A DNA stretch of 64,000 nucleotides from assembly GCF_009914755.1 (NCBI RefSeq), contig NC_060926.1. One strand, given 5' to 3'. Positions 41,616 to 58,414 of the stretch are shown in pieces. Source of the stretch: the human T2T-CHM13v2.0 reference genome, Homo sapiens. Both the position numbers and the translations under genes were made by a program. A model generated the notes under the pieces. The model was not told the DNA's origin and did no database searches. It was given only the letters and a program-made list of their open reading frames with translations. Positions within the stretch are counted from its first letter, which is position 1. Every line of letters begins with the position of its first letter.

Positions 41616-41744
41616 TAATGGGCTATAACATTTGTGCTTCTCTTTCTGGCTTCTCAATCATATCGGAACGCCTGCATAGTTGTGAACTCCATAGCTTCAT
41701 TTTCTGTGCCTATACGATGTGCCAATTCTTAAAAACATAAATAT

Positions 41745-42940
41745 ATTAATTGCTGTATGACATACATGCAGGAAAAATTTTAAAAACACAAATCTTAAAT
41801 ATATAGCTCAATGAACTCTGTCAAATGTAGTACACTGATATATTGTCTATCCAAGATAAGAAATAGAAAGTTAGCAAGATCTCATATGCCTTGGAGAATC
41901 TTGTGTCTTATTCTAATCAAAAATCCTACCCAAAATCCCTTCATTCTCCCCAAAGTCAGCCATTTCCAGACTTACCACCATAGACTAGATTTCCCCATTT
42001 TTAACCTTCATATACATCAGACATTACTGATTACATGTTTTATGTTCAGGCTTATTTTACTCAGAATTGGGTTTGTGAGATTCATCTGTTTTTGCATGCA
42101 AGAGTTGTGAATTCAATTCCATTTCTGTGTAATATACCATGCTATAAATACACCTCAGTTTGTGTATACATTCATATGTTGATAACCATTTATTTTATTC
42201 CATATTAGGCCACTAAGAAAGTTTATCTATTAAATATACTTGTACAAGTGTGTTGGCACACATCTGTATACTTTTCGCATGAATATATATACCTAAAAGT
42301 GTAATTACTGCATTATTGGGTTATGTGCCCATTAAAATTTGTATGTACCGCCAAGTCACCAAAGTAGTTTGCAACTTATGTTTTTACCAGCAGTGTGTGA
42401 TAGTGCCAGTTGCTTCACATATGCACCAAAATGCAGTATTGTTAGTCATTTTCATTACTGTCAATCTGGGGAATATGTAGCATTATCTCAGCTGAGTTTT
42501 AATTTGCATTTTCCACATAAATAATAATATTGGACATTTCAATTTTTGTTTTGCTATTTGTCATTTACTTATTGATATATGGAAATTCTAGATATGTATC
42601 AATTTCAGAGATTTCACAAATATCGTCTTGCACTCTGTAGTTTTTCTTTTTTCTCCTAATGTTTTTGATATGGAAAATTTTCTAATATTAAAATAGTCTA
42701 AAGTATAAGTTTTTTTATTTTATGGCTAGTGATTTATGTGCAACATTGAAGACAATTTTACTTATCCCATGAATATGACTATTTTCTTTCATGTTATCTC
42801 ATACAAACCTTATTGTTTCCATTTTGACATTTAAGTTTACAATCAAACTTGATTTATTTTTATGGTCTGAGGTATAGGTAAATATCAATTAAAGCAACAC
42901 TATTGAAAAGACTGTCGTTGCCCTACTCTTCTACATGGCT
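41745..42940 (-). mobile_element. Ancient L1ME/MC 3' fragment
   Basis: tgtgagattcatc; accagcagtgtgtgatagtgccagttgct; ttttaatttgcattt. Confidence 0.75.
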
Positions 42941-42989
42941 TTATTAATTGGCAAAAGGTCATCCGTTTCCTTCCAAGATATAAATCCAG

Positions 42990-45680
42990 GACTGATTTAC
43001 TCTATAGCATAAAACAATAACAGAAAAAAAAGGAAAAAGTAAAGACACTAAACATTAGGTAATAAAAAGACACTAGACATTAGGTAATGAAAGACAGTAA
43101 TTCCTGAAGTATGGGAAACAAACAAAGGAAACTATTCAGTTGCTCCGGATTAGTACCTTGAGAATTTGCAGACGGTGAAACAGGGAATGGGCACTCAAGT
43201 AAAGCTTAGTGGACTTCCTGAGTTGAGGAGTTAAATTGAGACTTCAGGGAGTACAAGTAGTTCACTTAAGGACTAATCTGTGCACACGTATAAAGACATA
43301 GCTTGAAAATGGGGAAAGAACCATCCAAACTTATTAAAGAGAACATGAATCAATATGCAGAATAAACAGAAACATTGCCTGTTCCTACGAGATGGGCAGA
43401 ACATGAAAATCAGTGGATCATTGTGTAGAGTGGTCATAAGGGTCTTGTCTCAATAACGGGGAATAACTAAAGCTAGGTTAAATGCTGCTCTGTTCTCACC
43501 TAACAAATCTTAAAATAATCATCAAAAGGATGAAGTAGATTTCAGATAATGGTACCCAGAACAAAGCTTAAGCATATTTCTAGAAATACAAAACTATCGA
43601 TACCCAACAACATAAAATTTATATTTATTATCCAATAAAAAATGTACAAGGTACATAAAGAAACAGGAAAATATGACTAAATGGTAGAAAAAAATTGATC
43701 AACTGGAAAAATGGTAGAATTTGTACAGATGTTAGAACTGGCAGATGAGGAAAATAAAGCAATTATTATAACTGCATCCTACATGTTCAAAACTTAAGTC
43801 TAGACATAGAAGATATAAAAAGATCATTTTAAATTTCTGAAGATGAAAACTACAATGTCTAGGATAATAAATAAAATTATTGAAATTAATAGCAGATGAG
43901 ATATTACAGAAGAAAAGTTGGTAAACTTGAATACATGGCAATAAAGCTATCCAGACAAAAAGCTAAATATTTTTTAAGTAAAAATAACATTAATAAGTTG
44001 TGTGAAAAATTCAAGCATACTAACCTATGTATGATTCAAGTCCCTGAAGGAGAGGGGTGTTTCAAATATTATTCAAGGAAATAAAAGCTAAAAACATCCC
44101 AAATTACATTATAAAAAAACAAAAATAACACCACAGATCCAAGAACCTTAATAAAACTGAAGCACAAGAAACAGGAAGAAAATGACAACAAGGCACATCA
44201 TAATCCAATTGCTCACATTCTGTAACAAATAAAAAAACCTTAAAAAATCAAAAGAAAAAAGGTACAATGTGCAAACAAATAATAATAAGGATTAAGGCAC
44301 ATTTCTCATAAATAATGCATATGAAAATAAAGTGGAGCAATATCTTTAAAGTATTGAATGAAAAAATGTCAATCTAAAATCCTATACCAAATGAAAATGT
44401 TGAAAGAATTTATCACTAAAGTATCTGCACTCAAGAAATGTTAAAGAAAATTCTTGAGATAGAGGAAAAACTATACCATAAATAATTATGGACCTACATA
44501 AAGAAATTATGTGTGCAAGGAATAGAAACATGTGGGTAAATATGTAAAATATTTTTCTTACATTTAAAATCTCTTAAAGGATAATTGACTGTTAAATAAA
44601 AATACTGGTAATCCACTGTGGAGTTTATAAGATACATATAAGCAAAATATACAAAAATAATAGCACAAAGAGCAGGAGGAAAATAATTAAAGTATAATAT
44701 TGTAAAGGTAAACTTATAATATATGTATAAGTTAAAGATGTATAATCTAAACCTTAAAGCAAATGCTCACATAATAAAATGAAGAATTATAGCAATCAAA
44801 CCTACAAAGAAAATATACTATAATCATAGAAAGTATGCAATATGAAAGAAGGAAGGGAAATTAGAAAAGGAGAAAACAGATGGAATGAATAGGAAACAAA
44901 TAAGAAATTGACAGATTTAAACCTAACCATGTCAATAATCATATTCAATGTAAATTGTCTAAGCACTCCAATGAAAAAGTAGAGACTGTCAGAATGGATT
45001 AAAAAAAAAAGGCGCACCAGAAATTTCCAACACTTGGAAACTAAACAACTCACTTTTCAATAATCTGTGGGTTAAAGTGAAAGTCTCTAGGAACATTATA
45101 CTGAGCTGAATACAAATCAAATTACAATATATTAAAATTTGTGGAAAGCTATGAACTAAGTTTATAGCACTAAATGCCTACACTAAGAAAAAAAAATAGT
45201 CTTCATTCAAATACCTAAGCTCTGGCTTTAAGAAGAGTAACATAAACCCAAATCAAGTAAAAACTATGAAATGATAAAGATATAAGCAGAATACAATAAA
45301 ATTAAAAATGAAAACAATACAGAAAGTCAATGAAACAAAAAGTTGGCTATTTTAAGCTTCACGTATAGCTATAATAATCAAGACTGTGTCAGTTGACACA
45401 CAGATCAATTGAATAAAATAGATAATCCAAAAATAGCCCCTTGCAAGTATTGCTTTTGTTTGTTTGTTTTTTGGAACCAAAGTGGAAAAACAATTCAAAA
45501 GGGGAAAGATAGTCTTTTCAATAATGGGGCTGGAGTAGTTAAATATCCATACCCTCCCACCACAGAAAAGGAAGGAAGAAAGAAAAAGTTGAAAAAAAAA
45601 AATTAAACTCAAGTGTGTGCAAGAATGGAACTAATAAAGACCAGAATGGAAATCAATGAAGTAAAAGAAAAAAAAAATTG
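42990..45680 (+). mobile_element. Old L1M (MC/MD-type) 5'UTR/ORF1/ORF2 fragments
   Basis: ccacagatccaagaacctt; agagactgtcagaatggatt; ggaaagatagtcttttcaa. Confidence 0.7.
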
Positions 45681-46064
45681 GGTCCTGTGGTAGGTGTAAG
45701 TTTAACTTAATAAGAATATTCCAAACACTTGGTTGGCTTGTATTACCACTGTTTTGCATTTTGATTATGTATTTTCTTTTTAATGGCCTGGCTAGTTTTT
45801 GTTAAGTGCTGTTTTGTAGTTTTCCTTGTAGAGATATTTCACTCCCTTGGTTAGGTTTATTGGTTAACTGCTGGACATTTTCTTTGAAAATTTTTGACTA
45901 ACTGCTGGATAATTTTATCTTTCCCTAATAATTAAATTTTGCTTTTGGTGGGCAGTTTTTCTAGGGCAGATGATCTCTATCTCTCAAGAATTGAGATTAT
46001 ACAAAGACGTGCTCATAATTGGCAGGGTTGTTTATTTTGTTTTGACCTTTGTCCTACAAAGTAG

Positions 46065-46655
46065 TGATAGTAACAGGAGACAGACAAATTTGTAGGCAGA
46101 CAGAGGTGGGTCCCCAGCAGGGCTCAACCTTCACCCTAAGGACTGAACTGCCAGTTCCAGATAGAGTCCACACCTTGGGCGAGAGCTTCTATTCCCATCT
46201 TACCCACTCCTTCTTGATTGGTTCCTTCTGGTTGATACCTTTTAACCAATTGAATGGTGCTTTTTCCATGCCCACCCATCAACCAATCAGCACGTACTCC
46301 CCCATTCTAAGCCCATTAACCACCCCGGATTCAGCCTCATAGATGGCTACCCACTTCAGGTCCCTTCTAGCTGTTGTAAGCTTTTTTGTCACTCAATTAA
46401 ATTCTACTCTGCCTTGCTCAGTCTACAGTGTCCATGTACCTTATTCCTCTTGGTCATGGGACAAGAACCCAGAACCCACTAAATGGCAGGAGTGAAAAGA
46501 GCTGTAACACTCTCTCCCACTTGCCAAACTACAGGAGTGAAAAAAGCCACTGGGTGCCACTCCCTTCTGCCTAGCGAGCTGCTAGTGGCAGGAATGAAAG
46601 GGTTTGGAACGTCCTCTCCTGCTTACCAAACTGTGGGAACAAAAAAGCTATGACA
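46065..46655 (+). mobile_element. LTR27/LTR28-like ERV1 solo LTR
   Basis: TG...CA ends; TSD gtag/gaag; CCAAT boxes and attaaa poly(A) signal. Confidence 0.8.
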
Positions 46656-48409
46656 GAAGCATTTCTGGGTCTTACTGAAAAGTTAAGGTATTTACCCAGG
46701 GTCTCTTGTTAACTGCAATTTAGTTTTCTAGTTCCAAGATAATTGACAATTAATTTAACATCTTAGCTTCTGAGTCAACACTTTTGTTGCCATAATTGCT
46801 AATTACCAAGCATAAAAAGGACCACAAATTCCCACATCTAGCTTGATTTCTCTGTTCTTCCAGATCTTGGTCTTGCACATTCCTACTACCTTGATGACTC
46901 ATTAGTGACATCAGACATTTATTTTTTTCTTGTTAAGCTTTTCTGATTTTTCTTTACCTAAGGAATATTTTTGGTCTTGCATTCCACAAGTGAAACTTGT
47001 TTGATGGATTTTGTAACTTTTTTTGGGTTTAGAAAATTAAAAATAGCTAGCTTAACATTAAGAAAAAATGCAACAGTTAATATTTGGATTCTTCTTTCTC
47101 TGCTTACATGTTTTCCTCCTATTTCATAACTAGATATTTCCTTTTATCCCTTTATTTTATTCCACTTCTTTTCACTCTAGCCACTTTTCTTTTCTCCTTT
47201 CTCTCTCTGCTTACTATTCCTTCTCTATCCAATATCTTCAATTTTTCTTCCTTTAATTACTTACTAAAATCTGTGCTTGGGGACAATATGATAAACTTAT
47301 TTTTACTGAACTAAAAATATTAATTACTCAAAGTTTCTTCTTGACATGGAATATTCAATGCCAAAGCTGGTTTTAAGCTACCTTGAACATAAATTTTTAT
47401 AGGGATAGGGATTTCTTTCCAAAATTTTGTGATATCAGAAAAATGTAAAGTGATATTCTAGAATCTTTAAGTAAGATTAGTTTCTTGCAGCTGAAATGAA
47501 ACAGTGAAGCAAAATGTAGCAACACATATGCATTTATATTGGTGAGGTCTCACTATACAATAAAATGATTTTTTCTTGCAGGCAATTCTTTTCTTCTTCT
47601 CTTCTTTATGTTGAGAAAGATCATTTCATAGCCAAAACTACTGGAAAAATACTAGCAGAAAAAAACTAACAGAAGTAGAAAGTGTATTATTTGTTTATGA
47701 TACTAAGCAGCTAATATACCCCGACACTGTGTTCTTGAACTTCTGCTTCTGGGGAATGGGAAAATAATAAATACTGGCAAAAGAATTATAATATATTCAT
47801 GAAGATGAATACTGGGATGAGATGCCATCCACTTATTTTTTAATATGCAAAGACTGAATGAATTAGAGTATCAGACTGATGTGGAAATTCTAGGAGAGCT
47901 ATAGGAGGAGGGTTGATTACATTTGATCATGAAACAGTAGTCGGAGTTACAAATGGGAGAGAGGTGGTATGAATTCCATTCTATGAAGAGGAATCAATCT
48001 GAGCAAAGATTTGGAAGTTGGGGCACACAGAGTATGGAAAGGAAGTAGTGACAAATCTGACATGACTGAAGAAGAGTAATGTAGAGTGTATGGCAGGCAA
48101 GAAACATTGGCAGGCAAATTTGTATATAAGCTGTAGCTGACAACAAAAATAGTTTTGCCTTTTTGTAACAGTAGGGAGCTGTTGAAAAATTTTGACCAAC
48201 AAATTGGATATCAAATAGATGCTTAACACACCAAGCAGTTAAGACCTTGAAGGCAGAGTCACCACAGGAGAATTCCTCTACTTCTCCCCTGTGTTGCAAA
48301 CAAAACAAAAATTTAAGTTTCCTTTGAAAGAGTGATATTGTAATGGAAATTTCATTAACCAATTCTAAAATATGATGCCCATGAATTCCTATGAATGCAC
48401 ATCAATTTT

Positions 48410-51400
48410 TATTCTTTTTTTAATTAAATTTTTTTCAATAGTTTTGGGGGAACAGGTGGTTTTAGTTACATAGATAAGTCTTTAACAGTGTTTTCGGTGC
48501 ACCTGTCACCCAAGCAGTGTATACTGTACTCAATAGGTAGTCTTTTGTCCCTCACCCCCTTGAAGCCTTCATCCCCAATTCCTCAAAGTCCATTATATCA
48601 TTGTTATACCTTGCATCCTCATAGCTTAACTCCCACTTATAAGTGAGAACAAATGATTCTTGGTTTTACATTCGTGAGTTATTTCGCTTAGAATGATGGC
48701 ATCCAGCTCCATCCAAGACATTATTTAATTTCTTTTTATGCTGAGTAGTATTCCATGGTGCATATATACCACATTTTTTATCTACTTGTTGATTGATGGG
48801 CATTTACATTGGTTTCATATTTTTCCAATAACAAATTGTACTGCTATAAACATGCGTGTGCATGTGTTTTTTCCATAAAATGACTTTTGTTTCTGTAGAT
48901 ATCCAGTAATTAACTTGCTGGATCAAATGGTAGTTCTATTTTTAGTTCTTTAAGGAAACTTCATGCTGTTTTCTATAGTGGTTATATTAGTTTCCCACCA
49001 GCAGTGTAAAAGTGTTCCTTTTTTACCACATCCAAACAAACATCTACTATTTATTGACTTTTTAATTATGGCCATTCTTGCAGGAGTAAGTTGGTGTCTT
49101 ATTGTAGTTTTAATTTGTATTTCCCTGATAATTAGTGATATTGAACATTTTTTCATATGTTTGTTGGCTGTTTGTATATGCTCTTTTGAGCAATGCCCAT
49201 TCATGTCATTTGCCCATTTTGATGAGATTATTTTGTTTTCTTGCCAATCTGTTTGAATTCCTTGCAGATTCTGGATATTAGTCTTTTGTCAAATGCATAG
49301 TTTGTGAATATTTTCTCTCACTCTGTGTGTTGTTTGTTTACTCTGCTGATTAATTTCTTTTGCTATGAAAAAGAAATTTTAGTTTTTAGCTTTTTAGTTT
49401 AATTATGTCCCATTTATTTATTTTTGGTTTTGCTGCATTTGTTTTTGGGGTCTTAGTCATGAAATCTTTTCCTAGCCCAATGTCTCAAAGAGTTTTTTTA
49501 TGTTATCTTCTTATAGTTTCAGGTCTTAGATTTAAGTTTTTGATCCAACTTGAGTTGAATTTTGTATAAGGTGAGAAATGAGGATCCAGTTTTATTCTTC
49601 TACATGTGGCTTGTCTGTTATCCAAGCACCATTTGTTTATTGAATAGGGTATCCTTTTCCCAATTTTTGTATGCTTTGTCAAAAATCAGTTGGCTGTAAA
49701 TATCTGGCTTTATTTCTTGATTCTCTATCCTGCTCTACTGGTCTATGTGACTATTTTTATACCAATACTATGCCTTTTTGGTGGCTATGGCCTTACAGTA
49801 TACTTTGAAGTCAGGTAACGTGATGCCTCCAGATTTGTTGTTTTTACTGAGTATTGCTTTGGCTATGTGGGCTCTTTTTTGGTTCTATATGAATTTTAGG
49901 ATTCTTTTTTCTAGTTTTGTGAAGAATGATGATGGTATTTTGATAGAAATTGCATTGACTGTGTTGATTGCTTTGGGCAGTACAGTCAATTTCACAATAT
50001 TGATTCTACCCATCCATAAGCACTGAATGTGTTTCCATTTACTCAAGTCATCTATGATTTCTTTCAGCAATGTTTTGTAGTTTTCCTTGTAGAGATCTTT
50101 CACCTCACTGGTTAGGTACCTTCCTAGGTATTTTATTTATTTGCAGCTGTTGTAAAAAGGATTGAGTTCTTGATTCTATTCTCAGCTTGGTCATTGTTGG
50201 TGTATAGCTGTGGTACTTATTTGTGTACATTGAATTCGTATCCTAAGAGTTTATTGAATTTGTATATCAGAACTAGGAGCTTTTTGGAGGAGTCTTAAGG
50301 GTTTTCTAGGTAAACGATCATGTCATTGGCAAACAGCAATAGTTTGACTTCCTCTTTTCCAATTCGAATGCTTTTTATTTCTTTCTGTTGTCTGATTGCT
50401 CTGGCCAGGACTTCTAGTACTAAGTTGAATAGAAGTGGTGAAAGTGGGCATCCTTGTCTCGTTTCAGTTCTAAGGGGGAATGCTTTCAACTTTCCCCATT
50501 CGGTATTATGTTGGCTATGGGTTTGTCATATATGGCTCTTATTACTCTGAGGTATGTCCCTTCTATGCTTATTTTGTAGTGGGTTTTTATCATAAAGGTA
50601 TGCTGGATTTTATCAAATGGTTTTTCTGCATCTATTGAAATGATTATATGATTTTTGTTTTTAATTCTCTTTATGTGATGTATCACATTTATTAATACAT
50701 CAATATCAATGTTATTGATATTGTATATTAAACTATCTCTGTATCCCTGGTATGAAACCCACTTGATCATGATGTATTACTTTTTGATATGCTGTTGCAC
50801 TTGGTTATCTAGTATTTGTTGAGGATTTTTGCATCTGTGTTCATCAGGGATATTGGTCTGTAGTTTTCTGGGTTTTTTTTTCAGTCCTTTCCTCGTTTTG
50901 GTATTAGAATGATACTGGCTTCATAGAATTATTTAGGGAGCCTTCATTCTTTCTCTGCCTTTTTTGTTGGTAATTTTTAAATAATTATTACTGGTTCAAT
51001 CTCGCTGCTTACTATTGGTCTTTCAGGGTTTCTATTTCTTCCTGATTTAATCTAGGAGGGTTATATATTTCCAAGAATTCATCCATCTCCTCTAGATTTT
51101 CTAGTTTGTGCACAGAAATGTGTTCTTAGTAGCCTTGAATCACCTTTTGTGTTTCTGTGGTATTGGTTATAATATCTCCAGTTTCATTCCTAATCAAACT
51201 TATTTGGATGTTATCTCTTTGTTTCTTGGTTAATCAAATAACCAGTTTTTTGTTTCACTTATCATTTATATGTTTATGTTTCAATTTCATTTAGTTCTGC
51301 TCTAAGCTTTGTTATTTCTCTTTTTCTACTAGGTTTGGATTTAGTTTGTTCTTGTTTTTCTAGTTCCTTGAGGTGTGACCCTAGATTTTCTATTTGTGCT

Positions 51401-54400
51401 CTTTCAGACATTTCGATGTAGGCATTTAATGCTATAAACTTTCCTCTTTGCACCACTTTTGGTGTGTCCCAGAGACATTGTGATAGACTGTGTCACTATT
51501 ATTGTTCAGTTCAAAGAATTTTTTAATTTCGGTCTTGACATCATTATTAACCCAAAGATTATTTAAGAGCAGATTATTTAATTTCCATATAGTTGTATAG
51601 TTTTGAGGGTTTCTTTTGGATTTAATTTCCAGTCTTATTCCTTTGTGGCCTGAGAAAACACTTGATATTATTTCAATTGAATTTGGGACGTTTTTGTCAT
51701 CTATCATGTGTTCTATTTTAGAGAATGCTCCCTATGCTGATGAGAAGAATATATATTCTGCAGTTTTGAGGAAGAATGTACTGTAAATAGAGTTTAAGTC
51801 CTTTTATTGTTGTTGTTGTTGACTTCTGTCTTTATGTCAGAAGCTGTCAGTGGAGTACTGAAGTCTCCCACTACTATTGTATTGCTGCCTATCTTATTTC
51901 TTCTGTCTAGTGGTAATTGTTTTATAAATTTGGGAGCTCCAGTGTTAGGTGCATATACATTAGGATATATATTAGTCCTATTTTCCTATTGGACCAGTTC
52001 TTTTATTATTATATAATGTCCTTCTATTTATTATATAATGTCCTTCTTTGTCTTTTTTTTTTTTAACTGTTGTCTAATATAAGAATAGCTATTCCTGCTG
52101 GCTTTTGGTTTCCATATGCATGGAATATCTTTTTCCACCCTTTACCTTATATTTCTGTGAGTCTTTATGTGTTAGATGAGTCTCTTGATGACAGCAGATA
52201 TTTAATCGGTGTTTTTCTAAAACCATTCTGCCATTCTGTATTTTTAAGTGGAGTATGCAGGCCATTTACATTAAACATTAATATTGGGATATGAGGTACT
52301 GTTCTATTCATCATGACGGTTGTTGCCTATATACTTTGTTTTTTTTCATTGTGTTACTGTTTTATAGATCCTGTAAGATTTATGCTTTAAGGAGGTTCTA
52401 TTTTGATGTATATCAAGCTTTTGTTCACAGATCCAGAACTCCTTTTAGCATTTCTTGTGCTCGTTTGGTAGTGGCAAATTCTCTCAGCATTTGTTTGCTT
52501 GAAAAATAATTTATCTCTCCTTCATTCATAAGGCTTAGTTTTGCTAGATACAAAATTCTTGGCTGACAATTTTTTTGTTTAAGGAGGCTAAAGATGGGAC
52601 CCCAATCCCTCTGGCTTGTAAGGTTTCTGCTGAGAAATCTGCTGTTAATCTTACATGTTTTCCTTTGTAAGTTACCTGATGCTTTTGTCTTGCGTCTCTT
52701 AAGATTCTTTTGACATTTGGATGTCTAGGTCTCTAGCAAGGCCAGGGAATTTTTTCCCAGTTATTCCCTCAAATAAACTTTCCAAACTTTTAGACTTCTC
52801 TTCTTCCTCAGGATCACCAATTATTCTTAAGTCTGGCCATTTTACATAGTCCCATATTTCTTGGAAACTTTGTTCATTCTTTATAAATTCATTTATCTTT
52901 GTCTAATAGAGTTAATTCAAAAGTCTAGTCTTCAAGTTCTGAAATTTTTTCTTCTACATGTTCTAGTCTATTGGTGAAACTTTCCACTGCATTTTGTGTT
53001 TCCCTAAGTGTGTCTTTCATTTCCAGAAGTTGTGATTGTTTTTTTCTTTATGATATCTATTTCTCTGGAAAATTTTTCTTTTATATTCTGGATATTTTTA
53101 AAATTTCTTTAAGTTGATTTTCACCTTTCTCTGGTATCTCCTTGAGTAGTTTAATAATCAACTTTCTGATTTCTTTATCTGGCATTTCAGAGATTTCTTC
53201 CTAGTTTTGGTCCATTGCTGGGGAGCTAGTGTGATCTTTTGACGGTATTATAGAACCCTGTTTTGGCATATTACCAGAATTACTTTTCTGGTTCTTTCTC
53301 ATTTGGGTAGACTATTTCTTCAAATTGTTCTTGAATTTATTTTTGATTGGACTGTGTATTTTTACATTTCTTTTCTTTCCCACTTAAGGATAGGATTTTG
53401 ATGTTAATAGTTTATTTTAGCCTAATTTGATTCTTGATGCTTTTAGGAGTAAAGACTCTATATGAGTTCCTTCGTTATAGAGAGTGTTTGTGCATTGGCT
53501 TTCCCAGATGCTGGTTGTAGTAGTTGTGTATTTGGTGTGTGAATGAGTTCACTGTCTCCTATGGGGCTGGAATGTCAGGGAAGCTTATCTCATTTTCTTA
53601 TGGTGTATAATTTATTTACTTAGTTTTCCCCCAGTATTTTACTTACTGAATTGATGATTTGGGCTTCAGGCCAATAGGGGATATATCCCTGGATAGGCAC
53701 TGATTGTAGCTAAGGCAGGTAGGTAGATATAATACCCAGTGGCTGGCAGGGGTCCTGGCCTTGATGAAGGTAGTTGGGGGAGTTCTCAATTAGATGTGTG
53801 GAGGTTTTATCAGAGTGAAGAATGGGAGCTACCTCAGCTCCCCTGCCAGGCCAGCAAGAAAATGATCTACCTCATGGCCTCACATCTGCCCCCGTGTCCC
53901 AGCTATTTAGATCAGACAGGCACCGCTTTTCATCTGTAGGAAGATTGATGTTCCACGCAGGGAAGAATTAGACTCTGCCTCTTTTACAGGCCTGAATGTG
54001 GGGAGTGCTCCTCCTATGTGGCTGCAATCACCCTGCCTTCTTCCAGGAAGGCTGTCTATAGGTGCATCCATGCTGCATTCCCATGGGGGACACCCCAGCT
54101 GTGTCCACAGTGGTGTGCCAAGAGAAAACATGGACCTCTTCTCCAAGGCCTTCCATAATCATAGAAGCTGCCTGCCTATTGGGGTAGATCTGCACTTGGG
54201 GTACTTTTTGTACTGTGCCCAGAACTACAGTTGTGTCTCCACTATAAGAAACTTTCCACCAGCAGAAAGATCTGAGGCTGAAATCCTGCTGTTCAGATTG
54301 TTTTGTTCCATGTGGTGATTTCTTGATGTGGTACTCTGAGAACCAGACCACAGTGCTCGTTATTGCTCTTCTGAATCTAGCCATCCAGTGAGACTACCAG

Positions 54401-55040
54401 GTTCTGGGCTGCTGGTGGGAAATGTCTGAGAAGGATCCGGTGATATGACCTGTCTTTAGATCTCCAAGCAGTGAATACCAGCACCTACTCTGATGGAGGT
54501 GGCAAGCAGTGACGTAGACTGTGTGATTCCTTGATTGTAGTTAAGCTTAGTGTGTGCGGGCTTTCTCAAATGCTGCTTATGCTAGTAATGAATTTGTCAC
54601 ATGGATAGACTGAGGACCTCTAGTTAGCCAAGGTGTTGCAGGCAGTGGTGTTAGTAGCCATTTTTTTTTTCCTTCCTAGGTGCAGTGTTATTCTGCCAAG
54701 AGGTGCTATAATGGCCTGAGTTGGTTGGCCTCCAGCCAGGAGGCACTTGCAAGAGGGCACCAGCTGCAGTAGTGGCAGTGGTATTTGAGCTTGCCCTGAG
54801 TTGTCCAGGGGAATTAGTCTTGTTTTTCAGGTGATGGGCAGGGTCATAGAGCTCCCAAAAGTTTATGTCTTTTGTGTTAAGCTACTGGTGTGAGTAGAGA
54901 AATAACATCAGTTGGGGGCAGGGTTTGGAGGGTCTGAGCTCAGACTCTCCTTGCGCAGGGCCTGCTGTAGCCACTGTGGGAAACAAGGGTTGGTTTTTAG
55001 GCCATTAGGGTAATGTTCCAAGTGGGAGTATAATTGCCTC
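48410..55040 (-). mobile_element. Near full-length L1PB with L1PBa-type 5'UTR; 5' tip missing
   Basis: 3' end ttttggggaacaggtggttttagttacat; ORF2 remnants 48950-51707 incl. [12 protein letters not shown]...FANDM. Confidence 0.9.
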
Positions 55041-56064
55041 TTTTCTTCAGTTTCTTTCATCGTTGCTTTATTGTTTTTATTATAGAGATCTTTCCCTCCT
55101 TTGGCTAAGTTTATTCCTAGGTATTTAATTTTTATTTGTAGCTATTGCAAGTGGAATTACCTTCTTGATTTATTTTTCAGATTGTTCATTGCTGTCACGT
55201 AGAAATGTTGCTGATTTTTGTATGTGAATTTTGTATCCTTCAAGTAAACTGAATTTGCTTCTCTTATAGTTTCTTGGTGGAATATTTAGGTTTTTCCTAA
55301 TATAGGATTATATCATCTGCAAATAAAGATAATTTGGTTTCTTTCCTTCCAGTTTGGATGCCCTTTATTTGTTTCCCTTATCTGATTGCACTAGCTAATA
55401 CTTCTATTATTGTGTTGAATAGCAGTCGTAAAAATGGTCATCCTGTTCATGTTCCAGATGTTAGAAGGAAAACATTGTGTTTCCCATTCAGTGTAATACC
55501 AGTTATGGATTTGTCATAAATGTCTTTTATTACACTGAGTTATGTTCATTCTTTACCTAGTTTTTTTATTTCAGAATAAAACTTAAGTCCAGTTTTATTC
55601 TGAAAGTATGTTGAATTTCATCAAATGCTTTTTCAGCATGAATTGAAATGGTCATATGGATTTGTTCTTCATTCTGTTGATATGATGTATCACATTGATT
55701 CATTTGCATATGTTGAATCATTCTTGCATTTCTGGGTTAAATCCCTGTTGGTCATGGTGAATGAATTTTTTAGTGTGTTGCTGAATTCTATTTGCTAATA
55801 TCTTATTAAGGATTTTTGCATCATTGTCAACCAGATATAATGGCCTGTAGTTTTTTTTTCTTTGATGTTTTTTCTGGTTTTGGTATCAGAGTAATACTGG
55901 CCCTGCAGATTGAGTTTAGAAATATTTTCTCACCCTGTATTTTTCAGAATAGCTTGAGTGGGATTGATATTAGTTCTTCTTGAAATGTTTGGTGAAATTC
56001 AGCAGTAAAGCCATAGAGTCCTGGGCTTTTCTTGCCTGGGAGACTTTTTTTTATTATGATTTCT

Positions 56065-58414
<2,350 letters not shown>

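Noticed and set aside
47850-48362. 122-aa and 82-aa minus-strand ORFs
   Set aside because: Non-ATG starts, no domain similarity, probably within a decayed L2.
53739-54384. Cluster of GC-richer ORFs on both strands
   Set aside because: Lies within the L1PB 5'UTR; no recognisable protein motif.
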